A stretch of DNA of 64,000 nt from Saprospiraceae bacterium (lineage in GTDB: Bacteria > Bacteroidota > Bacteroidia > Chitinophagales > Saprospiraceae). The stretch spans positions 1,236 through 65,235 of the forward strand of contig JBGAVW010000008.1 of assembly GCA_044227925.1 (NCBI GenBank), in the 5' to 3' direction. The notes under the pieces are model-generated. The model did not search any database and had not been told where the DNA came from. It worked only from the letters and a program-made list of their open reading frames with translations. Below are positions 8,911-18,650 of the stretch, piece by piece; within the stretch, counting starts at the first letter, position 1; the number at the start of each line of letters is the position of its first letter. Both the position numbers and the translations under genes were made by a program.

Positions 8911-9557
8911 TGCCAACAGCTATACCATATCAGTACATTTGCATAGAAGGTAATATAGGTGCCGGTAAAACCACTTTTTGTGAATTATTGGCGGAAGACA
9001 TTGCTTGTAAACTGGTTTTGGAAGAATTCGCGGATAATCCCTTCTTACCTAACTTTTATAAAGAACCAAAACGGTTTGCTTTTCCAATGGAGCTTTTTCT
9101 CATGGCGGAAAGGTTTAAACAATTGCAAAATCATATTCATCATCGTGACCTCTTTAGTGACTATATTGTTTCAGACTATACATTCGTAAAAACCTTATTA
9201 TTTGCAAAAAATAACCTGCCCGAAGAAGAGTACAGGTTGTTTCATGATATGTACCAGATCCTCAGTGAACAAATTCCTAACCCAGACATTTTAGTCTATT
9301 TGCACAGGCCGTTGGATGTTTTAAAGCAGCAAATTATGCTGAGAGGGAGACCCTACGAACAAAATATGGAGGCAGGATATTTGCAAGGATTACAAAATAT
9401 GTATTTCGAATATTTTCGCAATGAAGTTCAATTTCCGATTTTGATGGTTGACCTGGGTGCTGCTAATTTTATTAACGAACCCGATGCATATCAGGAAATT
9501 AAGAACCTGATGATGGATGACTGGAAACCAGGACTACATAGGATTGGATTAAAATAA
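8910..9557 (+). CDS. Deoxynucleoside kinase family protein
   Basis: N-terminal P-loop 'EGNIGAGKTT', an Arg-rich lid-like 'MLRGRPYEQ', and about 215 aa. The ATG at 8910 overlaps the folK stop (TGATG). The track start at 8907 is TTG. Confidence 0.75.
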   Translation: MPTAIPYQYICIEGNIGAGKTTFCELLAEDIACKLVLEEFADNPFLPNFYKEPKRFAFPMELFLMAERFKQLQNHIHHRDLFSDYIVSDYTFVKTLLFAKNNLPEEEYRLFHDMYQILSEQIPNPDILVYLHRPLDVLKQQIMLRGRPYEQNMEAGYLQGLQNMYFEYFRNEVQFPILMVDLGAANFINEPDAYQEIKNLMMDDWKPGLHRIGLK

Positions 9558-9721
9558 GATGTCCCAGTAGGAACTCTGTATTTACTCTTTGAGTCCAGAT
9601 ATGAAAGGAAATGCTTTCTGTCCGGGAAGCGGATAAAATTTTAAATTCATTTTAGCTAAACAACTCATTTTCAGTAAATTAAAATTCTAATTTCAAATTA
9701 GACACTCCCAACAAGAAACCC

Positions 9722-9729
9722 TATATTTG
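9722..9729 (+). promoter_or_regulatory. Candidate Bacteroidota -7 promoter box (TAnnTTTG) for efp-accBC
   Basis: TATATTTG lies 36 nt upstream of the efp ATG. No clear -33 TTTG was seen. Confidence 0.3.
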
Positions 9730-9764
9730 CGCCCGCAAAAAACATTAAACTAATTTTTCAAATT

Positions 9765-10331
9765 ATGGCATCTACCACCGAAATCAGAAATGGCATGTGT
9801 ATCAATCACAATAATGATATCTGGACAGTTATTGAATTTCAACACGTAAAAAGTGCCCGCAGTGCTGCTTTTGTAAGATCTAAACTCAAAAGCATTACCA
9901 CAGGCAGATCAGTTGAATATTCATTCCCGGCTGGTCATAAATGGGATGAAGTTCGAATGGAACGAAGAAAATACCAGTTTCTCTATAAGGATGATCAGGG
10001 TTATAATTTTATGAATAATGAGAATTTTGACCAGGTGCTGTTGCAGGAAGCCATGATCGAGGGCACTGAATTTTTAAAGGAAGGCATGGATGTGGAAATA
10101 TTATTCCATGCTGAGAATGAGACTCCTATGAGTGTAACTTTACCTATGTTTATGGTACTTGAAGTGGTATATACTGAACCTGGTGAAAAAGGAAACACTG
10201 CCACCAATGCCTTAAAACCTGCTAAATTGGAAACAGGAGCAGAAATCAAAGTACCGCTTTTTGTTAATGAAGGCGACAAAATCAAAATAGATACACAAAA
10301 TAGGTCGTATATTGAACGGGTAAAAAATTAA
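9765..10331 (+). CDS. efp: Translation elongation factor P (Arg-tipped loop variant)
   Basis: 188 aa and colinear with EF-P, with C-terminal '...GAEIKVPLFVNEGDKIKIDT..RSYIERV'. The loop reads HVK-SARS-AAFVR, with R32 where E. coli has PGKG. Confidence 0.9.
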   Translation: MASTTEIRNGMCINHNNDIWTVIEFQHVKSARSAAFVRSKLKSITTGRSVEYSFPAGHKWDEVRMERRKYQFLYKDDQGYNFMNNENFDQVLLQEAMIEGTEFLKEGMDVEILFHAENETPMSVTLPMFMVLEVVYTEPGEKGNTATNALKPAKLETGAEIKVPLFVNEGDKIKIDTQNRSYIERVKN

Positions 10332-10337
10332 ATCCTT

Positions 10338-10835
10338 ATGGATCTAAAGGAAATACAGGAGCTCATCCGTATGATGGGCAAATCAAATCTGGCTGAACTC
10401 AAATTAAAACAAGGTGATTTTGAGCTTGTGCTTAGATCAGAATTGGCCAAGGAAAAGATGGCTTATGTCGCTGCACCTGTTGCGGCGCCTACTATTGCGC
10501 CTCCTCTTCCAGCCTCAGTACCAGTTCCTTCAACTACTGATAAAAAAGCACCAGCTGTTTCCGCTGCTGAAACACCAAAACCTGTAAATGACAAAAAGTT
10601 GCTTGAAATAAAAAGTCCTATGGTAGGCACTTTTTATAGATCATCTTCTCCTGATAAACCCCCTTATGTTAAAGTTGGAGATATTGTGACTCTTGGTCAG
10701 GTAGTTTGCATGGTAGAGGCAATGAAACTTTTTAATGAAATAGAATCTGAAATCTCAGGCACTATAGTAAAAATCGTAGCCGACGATGCTTCACCGGTAG
10801 AATACGATCAGGTATTGTTTTTGGTAGAACCATAA
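10338..10835 (+). CDS. accB: Acetyl-CoA carboxylase biotin carboxyl carrier protein
   Basis: 165 aa. Ala/Pro-rich linker followed by the biotinylation motif 'VEAMKLFNEIES'. Confidence 0.9.
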   Translation: MDLKEIQELIRMMGKSNLAELKLKQGDFELVLRSELAKEKMAYVAAPVAAPTIAPPLPASVPVPSTTDKKAPAVSAAETPKPVNDKKLLEIKSPMVGTFYRSSSPDKPPYVKVGDIVTLGQVVCMVEAMKLFNEIESEISGTIVKIVADDASPVEYDQVLFLVEP

Positions 10836-10852
10836 ACCAATAAAAACCATCT

Positions 10853-12199
10853 ATGTTTAATAAAATATTGATAGCCAATCGGGGTGAAATCGCCCTGAGA
10901 GTGATCAGGACATGTAAAGAAATGGGCATCAAGACAGTAGCTGTTTATTCTACTGCAGACAGAGATAGTTTACATGTGCGATTTGCCGATGAAGCTGTAT
11001 GCATTGGCCCCCCTCCAAGCAGCGAATCCTATATCAATATACCCAAAATCATATCCGCTGTTGAAATCACTAATGCCGATGCTGTACACCCCGGATATGG
11101 ATTTTTAGCTGAGAATGCACGCTTTGCCGAAGTTTGTACAGACTACGGAATAAAATTTATAGGCCCTACTCCGGACCAAATTCGGGCAATGGGTGATAAA
11201 ATCACAGCCAAAGAAACCATGATAAAATCCAAAGTGCCTGTAGTACCAGGAAGCGATGGATTATTAAAAGATCTGAAACAAGCAGGCAAACTCGCTAAAG
11301 ATATTGGCTACCCTATTATACTTAAAGCTACTGCCGGTGGTGGTGGCAAAGGCATGCGAATCGTATGGAATGAAGAGGAGATGGAAGCTATGTGGAATGT
11401 AGCTAAAAACGAAGCCAGGGCTGCATTTGGCAATGATGGCATCTATATGGAAAAATACATCGAAGAGCCTCGACATATAGAGTTCCAGATTATAGGTGAT
11501 CAACATGGTCAGGTAATACATTTGTCAGAGCGCGATTGTTCTATTCAACGCAGGCATCAAAAGCTGGTAGAAGAGTCCCCTTCACCTTTCATGACAGATA
11601 AATTACGTAAGAAAATGGGAGAAGCTGCAGTGGCAGCCGGCAAATCGATAAACTACGAAGGCGTAGGTACCATAGAGTTTTTGGTGGATAAATATCAAAA
11701 CTTTTACTTTATGGAAATGAACACCCGTATACAGGTAGAGCATCCTGTTACCGAAGAGGTAATGGATGTGGACCTGATCAAAGAACAGATAAAAGTAGCC
11801 GCCGGAGAAAAACTCTCAGGCAAAAATTATACTCCCAAGTTTTGTGCCATGGAAGTGCGCATCAATGCGGAAGATCCGTTTAATGACTTCAGACCTAGTC
11901 CGGGAAAGATCACATCCTTCCATACTCCTAAAGGCCTGGGGGTACGTGTTGATACTCATGCTTATGCAGGATATTCCGTCCCACCCTATTACGATTCTAT
12001 GATCGCTAAGTTGATCTGCAAAGCGCATACCCGCGATGAAGTATTAGCCAAAATGAATCGTGCTCTCGATGAATTCATAATCGAAGGTGTAAAGACCACA
12101 GTACCCTTCCATCAGTTATTGATGGATAATGAAGATTTTAAAAAGGGAAAGTTTCATACCGGATTTTTGAATACCTGGGATTTTAAGAGCTTGAAGTAG
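10853..12199 (+). CDS. accC: Acetyl-CoA carboxylase biotin carboxylase subunit
   Basis: 448 aa. '[16 protein letters not shown]', '[20 protein letters not shown]' and '[15 protein letters not shown]'. Confidence 0.95.
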   Translation: MFNKILIANRGEIALRVIRTCKEMGIKTVAVYSTADRDSLHVRFADEAVCIGPPPSSESYINIPKIISAVEITNADAVHPGYGFLAENARFAEVCTDYGIKFIGPTPDQIRAMGDKITAKETMIKSKVPVVPGSDGLLKDLKQAGKLAKDIGYPIILKATAGGGGKGMRIVWNEEEMEAMWNVAKNEARAAFGNDGIYMEKYIEEPRHIEFQIIGDQHGQVIHLSERDCSIQRRHQKLVEESPSPFMTDKLRKKMGEAAVAAGKSINYEGVGTIEFLVDKYQNFYFMEMNTRIQVEHPVTEEVMDVDLIKEQIKVAAGEKLSGKNYTPKFCAMEVRINAEDPFNDFRPSPGKITSFHTPKGLGVRVDTHAYAGYSVPPYYDSMIAKLICKAHTRDEVLAKMNRALDEFIIEGVKTTVPFHQLLMDNEDFKKGKFHTGFLNTWDFKSLK

Positions 12200-12459
12200 A
12201 ATAAATTTTGAATCTTAAGTATTCCCAATTTATTTAGAACAATCATTGAGAGAACTGAAGTTTATACATTAAATATATCGTTTGCCGATTTATACACTGA
12301 GTAATACTTTCAGAAATTACCTTGCCCGCTTTTTGATCCAACTTTCTTAACTATTTTTATCCGCATTAAGTATGGGCAACCTTGTAACTCCATTTTATTT
12401 TAGACTGAAAGAAATAGGAATTAATTTAGACCCAAAGCTCCACCATGTAGACTAGCTAT

Positions 12460-13875
12460 TCAATTCATCAACTCAGCTACATGTATCGCCACATCCACTA
12501 CATCCAGTGAATACTTATTCATCTTGATAGGATGATTGGTGATGAGAGTAGTAAATAATGATTTTCGGGTTTGCGTAGCCTGTTTAAACCAGGATTTTCT
12601 ATTTTGCAAGTCTGAGGCATAGGACTTCGATATCTCAAATGGAGCATCGTAGAACTTACATTCACACAGGTTGATAGCCGAGTCCTTCCGGTCTATCAAT
12701 AAATCAATTTGTATTCCTTTATTTTCCTGGACTGACCTGAAAGTAGAGGACTCGGTATATACTTTGGAGATACCGAGTACTTTTTTTATTTCATCTATGT
12801 GTTTCAGACAAATCGATTCGAAAGCATATCCAGTCCAGATTTTGTAGGATTGGGATTGCGCAATTTGATGCCAATGACCTGAGGGTACTGGTCTTTGATT
12901 TTTAATGAACCGATGATAAAAAACGGAGTATTCATCAACCAATCTGTAAATCGAGTCTCTCTTTTTATTGCCAAAACGAGTCTCTTCGATAATAAATCCG
13001 GATATCATAAGTTCATCCAATGTCCGTTGAATTGGCCCCCCTGCTTTTACTTTTGATTTGGAAATAATATCCTTTCGGGTCATACCGGATTTGGATAAGG
13101 CCAATGTACTTACCACTGATTCATGGTATACGGGATTATCGAATATAGCTTTATACAAGTTTTCATATTCATTCTTTAATATCCCACCTGTCTTAAAACA
13201 CATTCTTTCTATACAGGCAGCTACACTTTCACCTCTTTTTATATGCTCCAGGTAAAAAGGGATTCCACCCACAGCCATATATAGTTCGGTGATAGCCGTA
13301 TCCGTGAGGTTGATTTTCTTTGAAAGTAAAAAACGCTTCGTTTCAGCCAGAGTAAAAGGTTCCAGGTGAATTCGATGAGTCAACCTATTATGAAATCCGC
13401 CTTTGTCGTTTACAATTTTTTGATTAATCCAGGAAGTGGATGAACCGCATACAACCAGTATAAAATGATTTTCTTTAGATAAATAATCATTCCACAAATG
13501 TGCTAATAATTGGATAAATCCTGATTTATAGGTATTCATCCAGGGCAACTCATCCAAAAAGATGACTTGCTTGCGTTTCTTTGACAGTCTTTGGAGTTTT
13601 TGTTTTAAGACTATAAATAATTCCTGCCAATTAGAATATTCCAATTCACCTGTATAGGCAAAATATTCTTGTATTTTATCTGCAAAGTTTACCATTTGAG
13701 TCTTAGTGTCTCCTGATTGAATGCCGGAAACCGCAAAGCAAATCCGATCTTTATACATTTCTTCTATGAGATAAGTTTTCCCTACTCGGCGTCTGCCGGT
13801 GACCGCTACAAAAGCAGACTTGTTAAGGTACAAGGTTTCCCGCATTTGACTCATTTGCATCTCCCGGCCAATCAT
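12460..13875 (-). CDS. COG1672-type AAA+ ATPase (archaeal-ATPase-like) with a C-terminal DUF234 / PD-(D/E)xK-like domain
   Basis: 471 aa. Walker A 'GRRRVGKT' and Walker B-like 'VIFLDELPW'. The C-terminal 'IQIDLLIDRKDSAINLCECKF' fits a D...(D/E)xK nuclease-fold motif. Confidence 0.75.
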   Translation of the reverse strand: MIGREMQMSQMRETLYLNKSAFVAVTGRRRVGKTYLIEEMYKDRICFAVSGIQSGDTKTQMVNFADKIQEYFAYTGELEYSNWQELFIVLKQKLQRLSKKRKQVIFLDELPWMNTYKSGFIQLLAHLWNDYLSKENHFILVVCGSSTSWINQKIVNDKGGFHNRLTHRIHLEPFTLAETKRFLLSKKINLTDTAITELYMAVGGIPFYLEHIKRGESVAACIERMCFKTGGILKNEYENLYKAIFDNPVYHESVVSTLALSKSGMTRKDIISKSKVKAGGPIQRTLDELMISGFIIEETRFGNKKRDSIYRLVDEYSVFYHRFIKNQRPVPSGHWHQIAQSQSYKIWTGYAFESICLKHIDEIKKVLGISKVYTESSTFRSVQENKGIQIDLLIDRKDSAINLCECKFYDAPFEISKSYASDLQNRKSWFKQATQTRKSLFTTLITNHPIKMNKYSLDVVDVAIHVAELMN

Positions 13876-13894
13876 TATGGTTGTATTTATCTTT

Positions 13895-13902
13895 CAAATA
13901 TA
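13895..13902 (-). promoter_or_regulatory. Candidate -7 box (TATATTTG on the minus strand) for the ATPase gene
   Basis: Plus-strand caaatata is TATATTTG on the minus strand, about 20 nt upstream of the ATG at 13875. Confidence 0.3.
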
Positions 13903-13905
13903 CAT

Positions 13906-14061
13906 AGATAAGTACAAATATCCATGCAATCGGCACAGCACACGATTACTTATTTAAACCTCAATTCCGCATTAGGGCTCGCTGGTTGCAGTATAGAAAC
14001 ACGAAAAAGAGGGTAATATTACGTTTGTACTTATCTAATTATTTATACCAGATAAGTACAA
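13906..14061. promoter_or_regulatory. Three copies of the 12-mer AGATAAGTACAA (operator-like)
   Basis: 13906-13917 (forward), 14025-14036 (reverse complement) and 14050-14061 (forward). Copies 2 and 3 form a perfect 12-bp inverted repeat with a 13-nt spacer. Confidence 0.55.
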
Positions 14062-14167
14062 TTAAATAAAACGCACAAGGGACGAATAATTTATCCCCGT
14101 TTCATTCAATTCTGTTATTTTTATGCTCGTATATTTTTTAAGACTATCGATTGAGATTACTAATTGC

Positions 14168-15967
14168 ATGAAAACCATTTTCCGCCTCTTCCCTTATATC
14201 AAACCCTATCGAAACAGATTAATACTTACTGCTGTTTGTAATATCCTGCTCTCCGTATTTACCATATTCACCATCCCTGCATTTATACCATTTTTCCAGA
14301 TATTGTTTGAAACCGATCAGTCGGCAACCATTCAGTCCACCGGATTTTTGCAACAAATCAAATTATATTTTCAGACCTTGATACAAGCTCAGGGAAAGTC
14401 TGCTGCATTGATTTATGTTTGTCTTTTCCTTGTTATAGTTTTATTTTTCAAAAATCTATTCCGGTACCTTGCGTTATTCACTATGAGCCCATTGCGCACC
14501 GGAATCATCCGGGACATCAGAGAAAAACTATACAATAAATTTTTAGATCTACCCCTCTCCTATTTCAGCAATGAACGCAAAGGGGACCTCATGTCGCGTA
14601 TCACAAATGATGTAACTGAAATAGAATGGACGGTAATGACCACCATTGAAGCATTCTTTAGGGAACCCTTGATATTATTAGGCAGCCTGATTTTTATGCT
14701 TTATGTAAGTCCGCAATTAACATTAGTAGTCTTTATACTGATGCTATTCATTGGCATTGGTTATATCATAGGTGGTGCTTCACGAAAACTAAAAAAACAA
14801 AGTCAGCAGGCGCAGGATCAATTGGGGCTGGTAAACAGTACTCTTGATGAAACGATCGGAGGTATTCGCATCATTAAATCGTTTACTGCAGAATCATTTA
14901 TGATGGATCGTTTTAAGAAAGAAAACGAAACCTATAGAAAATTTGCGTGGGAGATGCTTAAGCGCCGGGACTTGTCAGCACCTCTTTCTGAATTCCTGGG
15001 TGTGACGGCAGTAGTGGCATTATTGTTTATTGGGAGCAAACAAGTATTTGCCCAACAATTGGCTCCCGAAGTATTTCTCACCTTTATTTTCGCATTTTAC
15101 AGCGTGATAGATCCCAGCAAGGCTTTGACTCAGGCCTGGTTCAACCTTCAAAAAGCCAGCGCAGCTATGGACCGAATAGATCAGGTATTGGATATAAAAC
15201 CTGATATTATTAATATTCCAAACGCCCTATCCAAATCGGGTTTTAATCATTCCATTGAGTTTAAAAATGTATCCTTCAGATACCAGGCCGGATTACCGGA
15301 TGTGTTAAAGAATATAAATCTGAAAATTGATAAAGGCCAAACCATTGCTCTCATAGGCAAATCCGGTTCAGGTAAAAGCACCATGGTAGATCTATTGCCC
15401 AGGTTGTATGATGTAAAACAGGGGGAAATACTCATAGATGGCATCAATATTAAAAATCTGGATCTCAACTCACTGCGCAGCTTATTTGCTGTAGTGACAC
15501 AAGAAGCTATATTGTTTCACGGCAGTATTGCGGAAAATATACAGTTTGGGTCAAAATCAACATCAGCTGAAATAAAAGAAGCTGCTTCATTGGCTTATGC
15601 TGATGAATTCATCAAAACCGCCGATCAGGGATATGAGACATCCATTGGTGATCGCGGCCAAAAATTAAGCGGAGGCCAGCGACAGAGGCTCACCCTGGCC
15701 AGGGCACTGCTTAGAAATGCACCTATACTCATCCTGGATGAGGCTACCTCTGCCCTGGATACAGAGTCTGAAAAATACATTCAACAAGCATTAGACGCGG
15801 TACTGCCCAATATGACTGCCATCGTAATTGCTCATAGATTAAATACCATCAAAAAAGCAGATATGATTGTCGTAATGGAAGAGGGTGAAATAAAAGAGAT
15901 TGGTTCACACGATGAGCTACTCCAATCCAATGGGGCGTATAAGAAAATGCTGGAATTGCAGTCATAA
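14168..15967 (+). CDS. ABC transporter, fused permease/ATP-binding protein (MsbA-like exporter)
   Basis: Exporter-type TM domain plus an NBD with Walker A 'GKSGSGKST', signature 'LSGGQRQR' and Walker B 'ILILDEATSALD'. Start moved to the ATG at 14168 (MKTIFRLFPYIKPY). Confidence 0.85.
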   Translation: MKTIFRLFPYIKPYRNRLILTAVCNILLSVFTIFTIPAFIPFFQILFETDQSATIQSTGFLQQIKLYFQTLIQAQGKSAALIYVCLFLVIVLFFKNLFRYLALFTMSPLRTGIIRDIREKLYNKFLDLPLSYFSNERKGDLMSRITNDVTEIEWTVMTTIEAFFREPLILLGSLIFMLYVSPQLTLVVFILMLFIGIGYIIGGASRKLKKQSQQAQDQLGLVNSTLDETIGGIRIIKSFTAESFMMDRFKKENETYRKFAWEMLKRRDLSAPLSEFLGVTAVVALLFIGSKQVFAQQLAPEVFLTFIFAFYSVIDPSKALTQAWFNLQKASAAMDRIDQVLDIKPDIINIPNALSKSGFNHSIEFKNVSFRYQAGLPDVLKNINLKIDKGQTIALIGKSGSGKSTMVDLLPRLYDVKQGEILIDGINIKNLDLNSLRSLFAVVTQEAILFHGSIAENIQFGSKSTSAEIKEAASLAYADEFIKTADQGYETSIGDRGQKLSGGQRQRLTLARALLRNAPILILDEATSALDTESEKYIQQALDAVLPNMTAIVIAHRLNTIKKADMIVVMEEGEIKEIGSHDELLQSNGAYKKMLELQS

Positions 15968-16035
15968 CCATTAAATACAATAATCCGGTATCCAATAAAT
16001 TATTCTTATTTTTCGTTGTACTCTTTGAGTTTCCT

Positions 16036-17163
16036 ATGAAACCGTTCCTTCTTTTATTTTTGCTCATTTCAGTCACCAGAGCATCCACACAGGATCTTCA
16101 GCACGAGATTATGATTTCCACTCTACAGGATACGGTATCTATCATGACCGACTACCTGCCAAATTATATCAAAAATATCCCCTGGAAATCCGACACCGCT
16201 ACCTGGGACATGAATGGTTTAAAAGCCCCCTTCATCAGGCGGATAATTGCAACGAAACAGGAAAGCAAGGAACTTGAATTTTCGAATTCCAACGCAGTGT
16301 CGTTATTATATGATCAAGGTACAGTTGAACACTTCAATCTCATAGGAGGAACTTTATTTTCTTTAGGTGAGTCGGGTAAGAACCTGTTTGGTGACGGAAA
16401 ACTATATACTGGTTATTATTACCCAAAACGACCTTATTATAATCATTTACTCTATCCCTCGGATAAACAAAAAGAGTCCTTTTACAGAATGGTGTATGAT
16501 TGCAATTACACTGATTTACCAGCAACCATTAAAAAACAATTTCCATACCAACCCGATTCTGTTCGTGTGGTAACAGAAATTACCGAACTGGCAGTAAAAA
16601 GCGATAAAGTAAATCTATACTTAAATTTGAATGGTTATATAGCGATCCCTGTACACAAATTTGTAATACAAAAGACCTGCATACAGACCAGAAAATCCAA
16701 TCTTGCATGGCAAGATGTAACGCGGTTTATTAGATATCCCAAATTGTTTCACACCGATACTATCCGAAAAACTATTTTTTTTACGGATAGTACCTCTGCA
16801 CCTATTGCCAGCATATACTACAAGTCCACTACTGAAATAGAAAAAATCATTTATAAAGCCCCCGATACATTTAAAGACCTACCAATAATTGAAGATTTCA
16901 AGCCCAATTTGTTTTTTTTCCCCAATCCCTATACCACCGGATCCTTACGATGTGAGTTGCTTATCAAAACACCTGGATTATATACATTCAGAATCGTTAA
17001 TATCGTAGGTACAGAAGTCAGTCGTGAAAATTTATACCTCGATGGTGGCATCACCATCGATAAGGACCTAACTTACCTCAGAAAAGGAACCTACTTAATC
17101 ACCCTGGAGCAAGACAAAGACCATGTGATTTCTACAAAAAGATTATTCGTAATCAAATCCTAG
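16036..17163 (+). CDS. Secreted hypothetical protein with a T9SS C-terminal sorting domain
   Basis: Signal peptide MKPFLLLFLLISVTRAST. The C-terminal ~80 aa, 'FFPNPYTTGSL...YTFRIVNIVGTEV...LRKGTYLITLEQ...KRLFVIKS', is CTD-like. Confidence 0.55.
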   Translation: MKPFLLLFLLISVTRASTQDLQHEIMISTLQDTVSIMTDYLPNYIKNIPWKSDTATWDMNGLKAPFIRRIIATKQESKELEFSNSNAVSLLYDQGTVEHFNLIGGTLFSLGESGKNLFGDGKLYTGYYYPKRPYYNHLLYPSDKQKESFYRMVYDCNYTDLPATIKKQFPYQPDSVRVVTEITELAVKSDKVNLYLNLNGYIAIPVHKFVIQKTCIQTRKSNLAWQDVTRFIRYPKLFHTDTIRKTIFFTDSTSAPIASIYYKSTTEIEKIIYKAPDTFKDLPIIEDFKPNLFFFPNPYTTGSLRCELLIKTPGLYTFRIVNIVGTEVSRENLYLDGGITIDKDLTYLRKGTYLITLEQDKDHVISTKRLFVIKS

Positions 17164-17725
17164 TAAAATAATCCTCTATTACTTTTGGAAAATGCTTGTA
17201 TTCAAGCAGGTGAACTTTTTGCGCTATATCATGAGGAGTATCCCCTTGATCTATTGGGCTTGTAGCCTGAAACAATATCTTTCCTTCATCGTACCTGGCA
17301 TTGACTTCATGAATGGTGATACCTGTGAATTTTTCTTTATTTTTCCATACGGCTTCATGTACATGCATCCCATACATTCCTTTTCCACCATATTTAGGTA
17401 ATAATGCAGGATGGATATTGATAATTTTATGTGGATAACTTTCTATTAAATATAATGGGATAAGCCAAAGGAAACCCGCTAAAACAATTCCATCTATTTT
17501 ATTCCTGCTGAGGATCTGTAGCAATTCTTCCCCTGTACCGTAATACTCTTTTTTATCTAAAATATATACTGGGATTTTTTCATTTTGTGCAATGGTAACC
17601 ACTCCCGCTTCTTTATTACTGGAGATGATAAGCCCAATTTTCAAATCTTTATTATTCTTAAAATATTGGATGATATTTTTGGCATTGGATCCTTTGCCGG
17701 AAGCAAACACAGCTAGTGACTTCAT
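17153..17725 (-). CDS. purN: Phosphoribosylglycinamide formyltransferase
   Basis: 190 aa. 'FASGKGSNA', 'LAGFLWLIP' and 'INIHPALLPKYGGKGMYGMHVHEAV'. Confidence 0.85.
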   Translation of the reverse strand: MKSLAVFASGKGSNAKNIIQYFKNNKDLKIGLIISSNKEAGVVTIAQNEKIPVYILDKKEYYGTGEELLQILSRNKIDGIVLAGFLWLIPLYLIESYPHKIINIHPALLPKYGGKGMYGMHVHEAVWKNKEKFTGITIHEVNARYDEGKILFQATSPIDQGDTPHDIAQKVHLLEYKHFPKVIEDYFTRI

Positions 17726-17754
17726 ACCCTGATCGTAACTCCCGCTAATATCAT

Positions 17755-18639
17755 TTAAAAATTGACTGAAAAGGTTGGGGAAATGCGATTAAGGATGTTG
17801 GTTACATTATCCTGGTGTATTTTATCTGCAGGTCTGAAGATTTCTATGATTTCTTTGCCTTTGGCATCCATAAAACTAATCAACCACTGTGCACCCGGGT
17901 AAGCCCTTTTTGCCTGATCCATACCTTCCAATGCTTTGTATATCCCAGCTCTGCCGTCTGATGCATTTTGGCTCATCATATCCAATCCGAGCCTGTGGTA
18001 TGTGTACCAGGCCGAACGCATGCTCCTGAGCCTCGGACTCATAATATTTTCAAACAACCAAAACCGATTATGATTGCCATCGGATGCTTTCCATCCTTCC
18101 CCACTTAATGAACCGGGAATGGTATTTACAATATTCTGGGCTATAAGAAAATAATCTGTGCCTCCATTTGGTGCGAAACTATCGCCATCCAATCCCAATA
18201 TGAGATAGATATAAAAAGTTAATGCAGAAACCAATCTGTCATTGTAAATATTTTGTACATAATTAAGTGGATCATTTGGCAGGTAACCAAATTTCAAATC
18301 ACCATCAATATAATTAATAAGGGTAGTTTCGTAATTGCTTCCAAATACGGGTCGGCTGGCTGACACAGTCAGATCTGCTTCAAAAAAATTACTGTTTTCT
18401 TCTTTTTTTATCGTAAAATTAAAATTGCACTTTATTTTTTCATGTGCTTTATAATTATCTTTTGTCCATACCCTATTATTAATAAATTTTCTGATGTCAT
18501 CTTCCATAGACCTGAATACCTTGGGGTCGGTGGTCTGTATCCGAGGTGCAGATACTTTTACATTCGCATTCAGTTCCTGGGTGTATGCTATTGAAAAGGA
18601 TACATAAAAAAGGAGCAGAAGGATATAGATTTTTTTCAT
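17755..18639 (-). CDS. DUF4835-family protein (annotated as T9SS-associated PorD in some databases, from memory)
   Basis: Signal peptide, about 294 aa, and the conserved position next to coaBC, as recalled for other Bacteroidota. The family call rests on context and recollection, not on a search. Confidence 0.5.
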   Translation of the reverse strand: MKKIYILLLLFYVSFSIAYTQELNANVKVSAPRIQTTDPKVFRSMEDDIRKFINNRVWTKDNYKAHEKIKCNFNFTIKKEENSNFFEADLTVSASRPVFGSNYETTLINYIDGDLKFGYLPNDPLNYVQNIYNDRLVSALTFYIYLILGLDGDSFAPNGGTDYFLIAQNIVNTIPGSLSGEGWKASDGNHNRFWLFENIMSPRLRSMRSAWYTYHRLGLDMMSQNASDGRAGIYKALEGMDQAKRAYPGAQWLISFMDAKGKEIIEIFRPADKIHQDNVTNILNRISPTFSVNF

Positions 18640-18650
18640 TTGAATTTATA

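Noticed and set aside
12360-13974. The 9-mer TCCGCATTA occurs on both flanks of the orphan ATPase gene (12360-12368 and 13966-13974), which could be a target-site duplication or att sites.
   Set aside because: A 9-mer match in a 64-kb window is close to chance expectation. No integrase, transposase or terminal inverted repeats accompany it.
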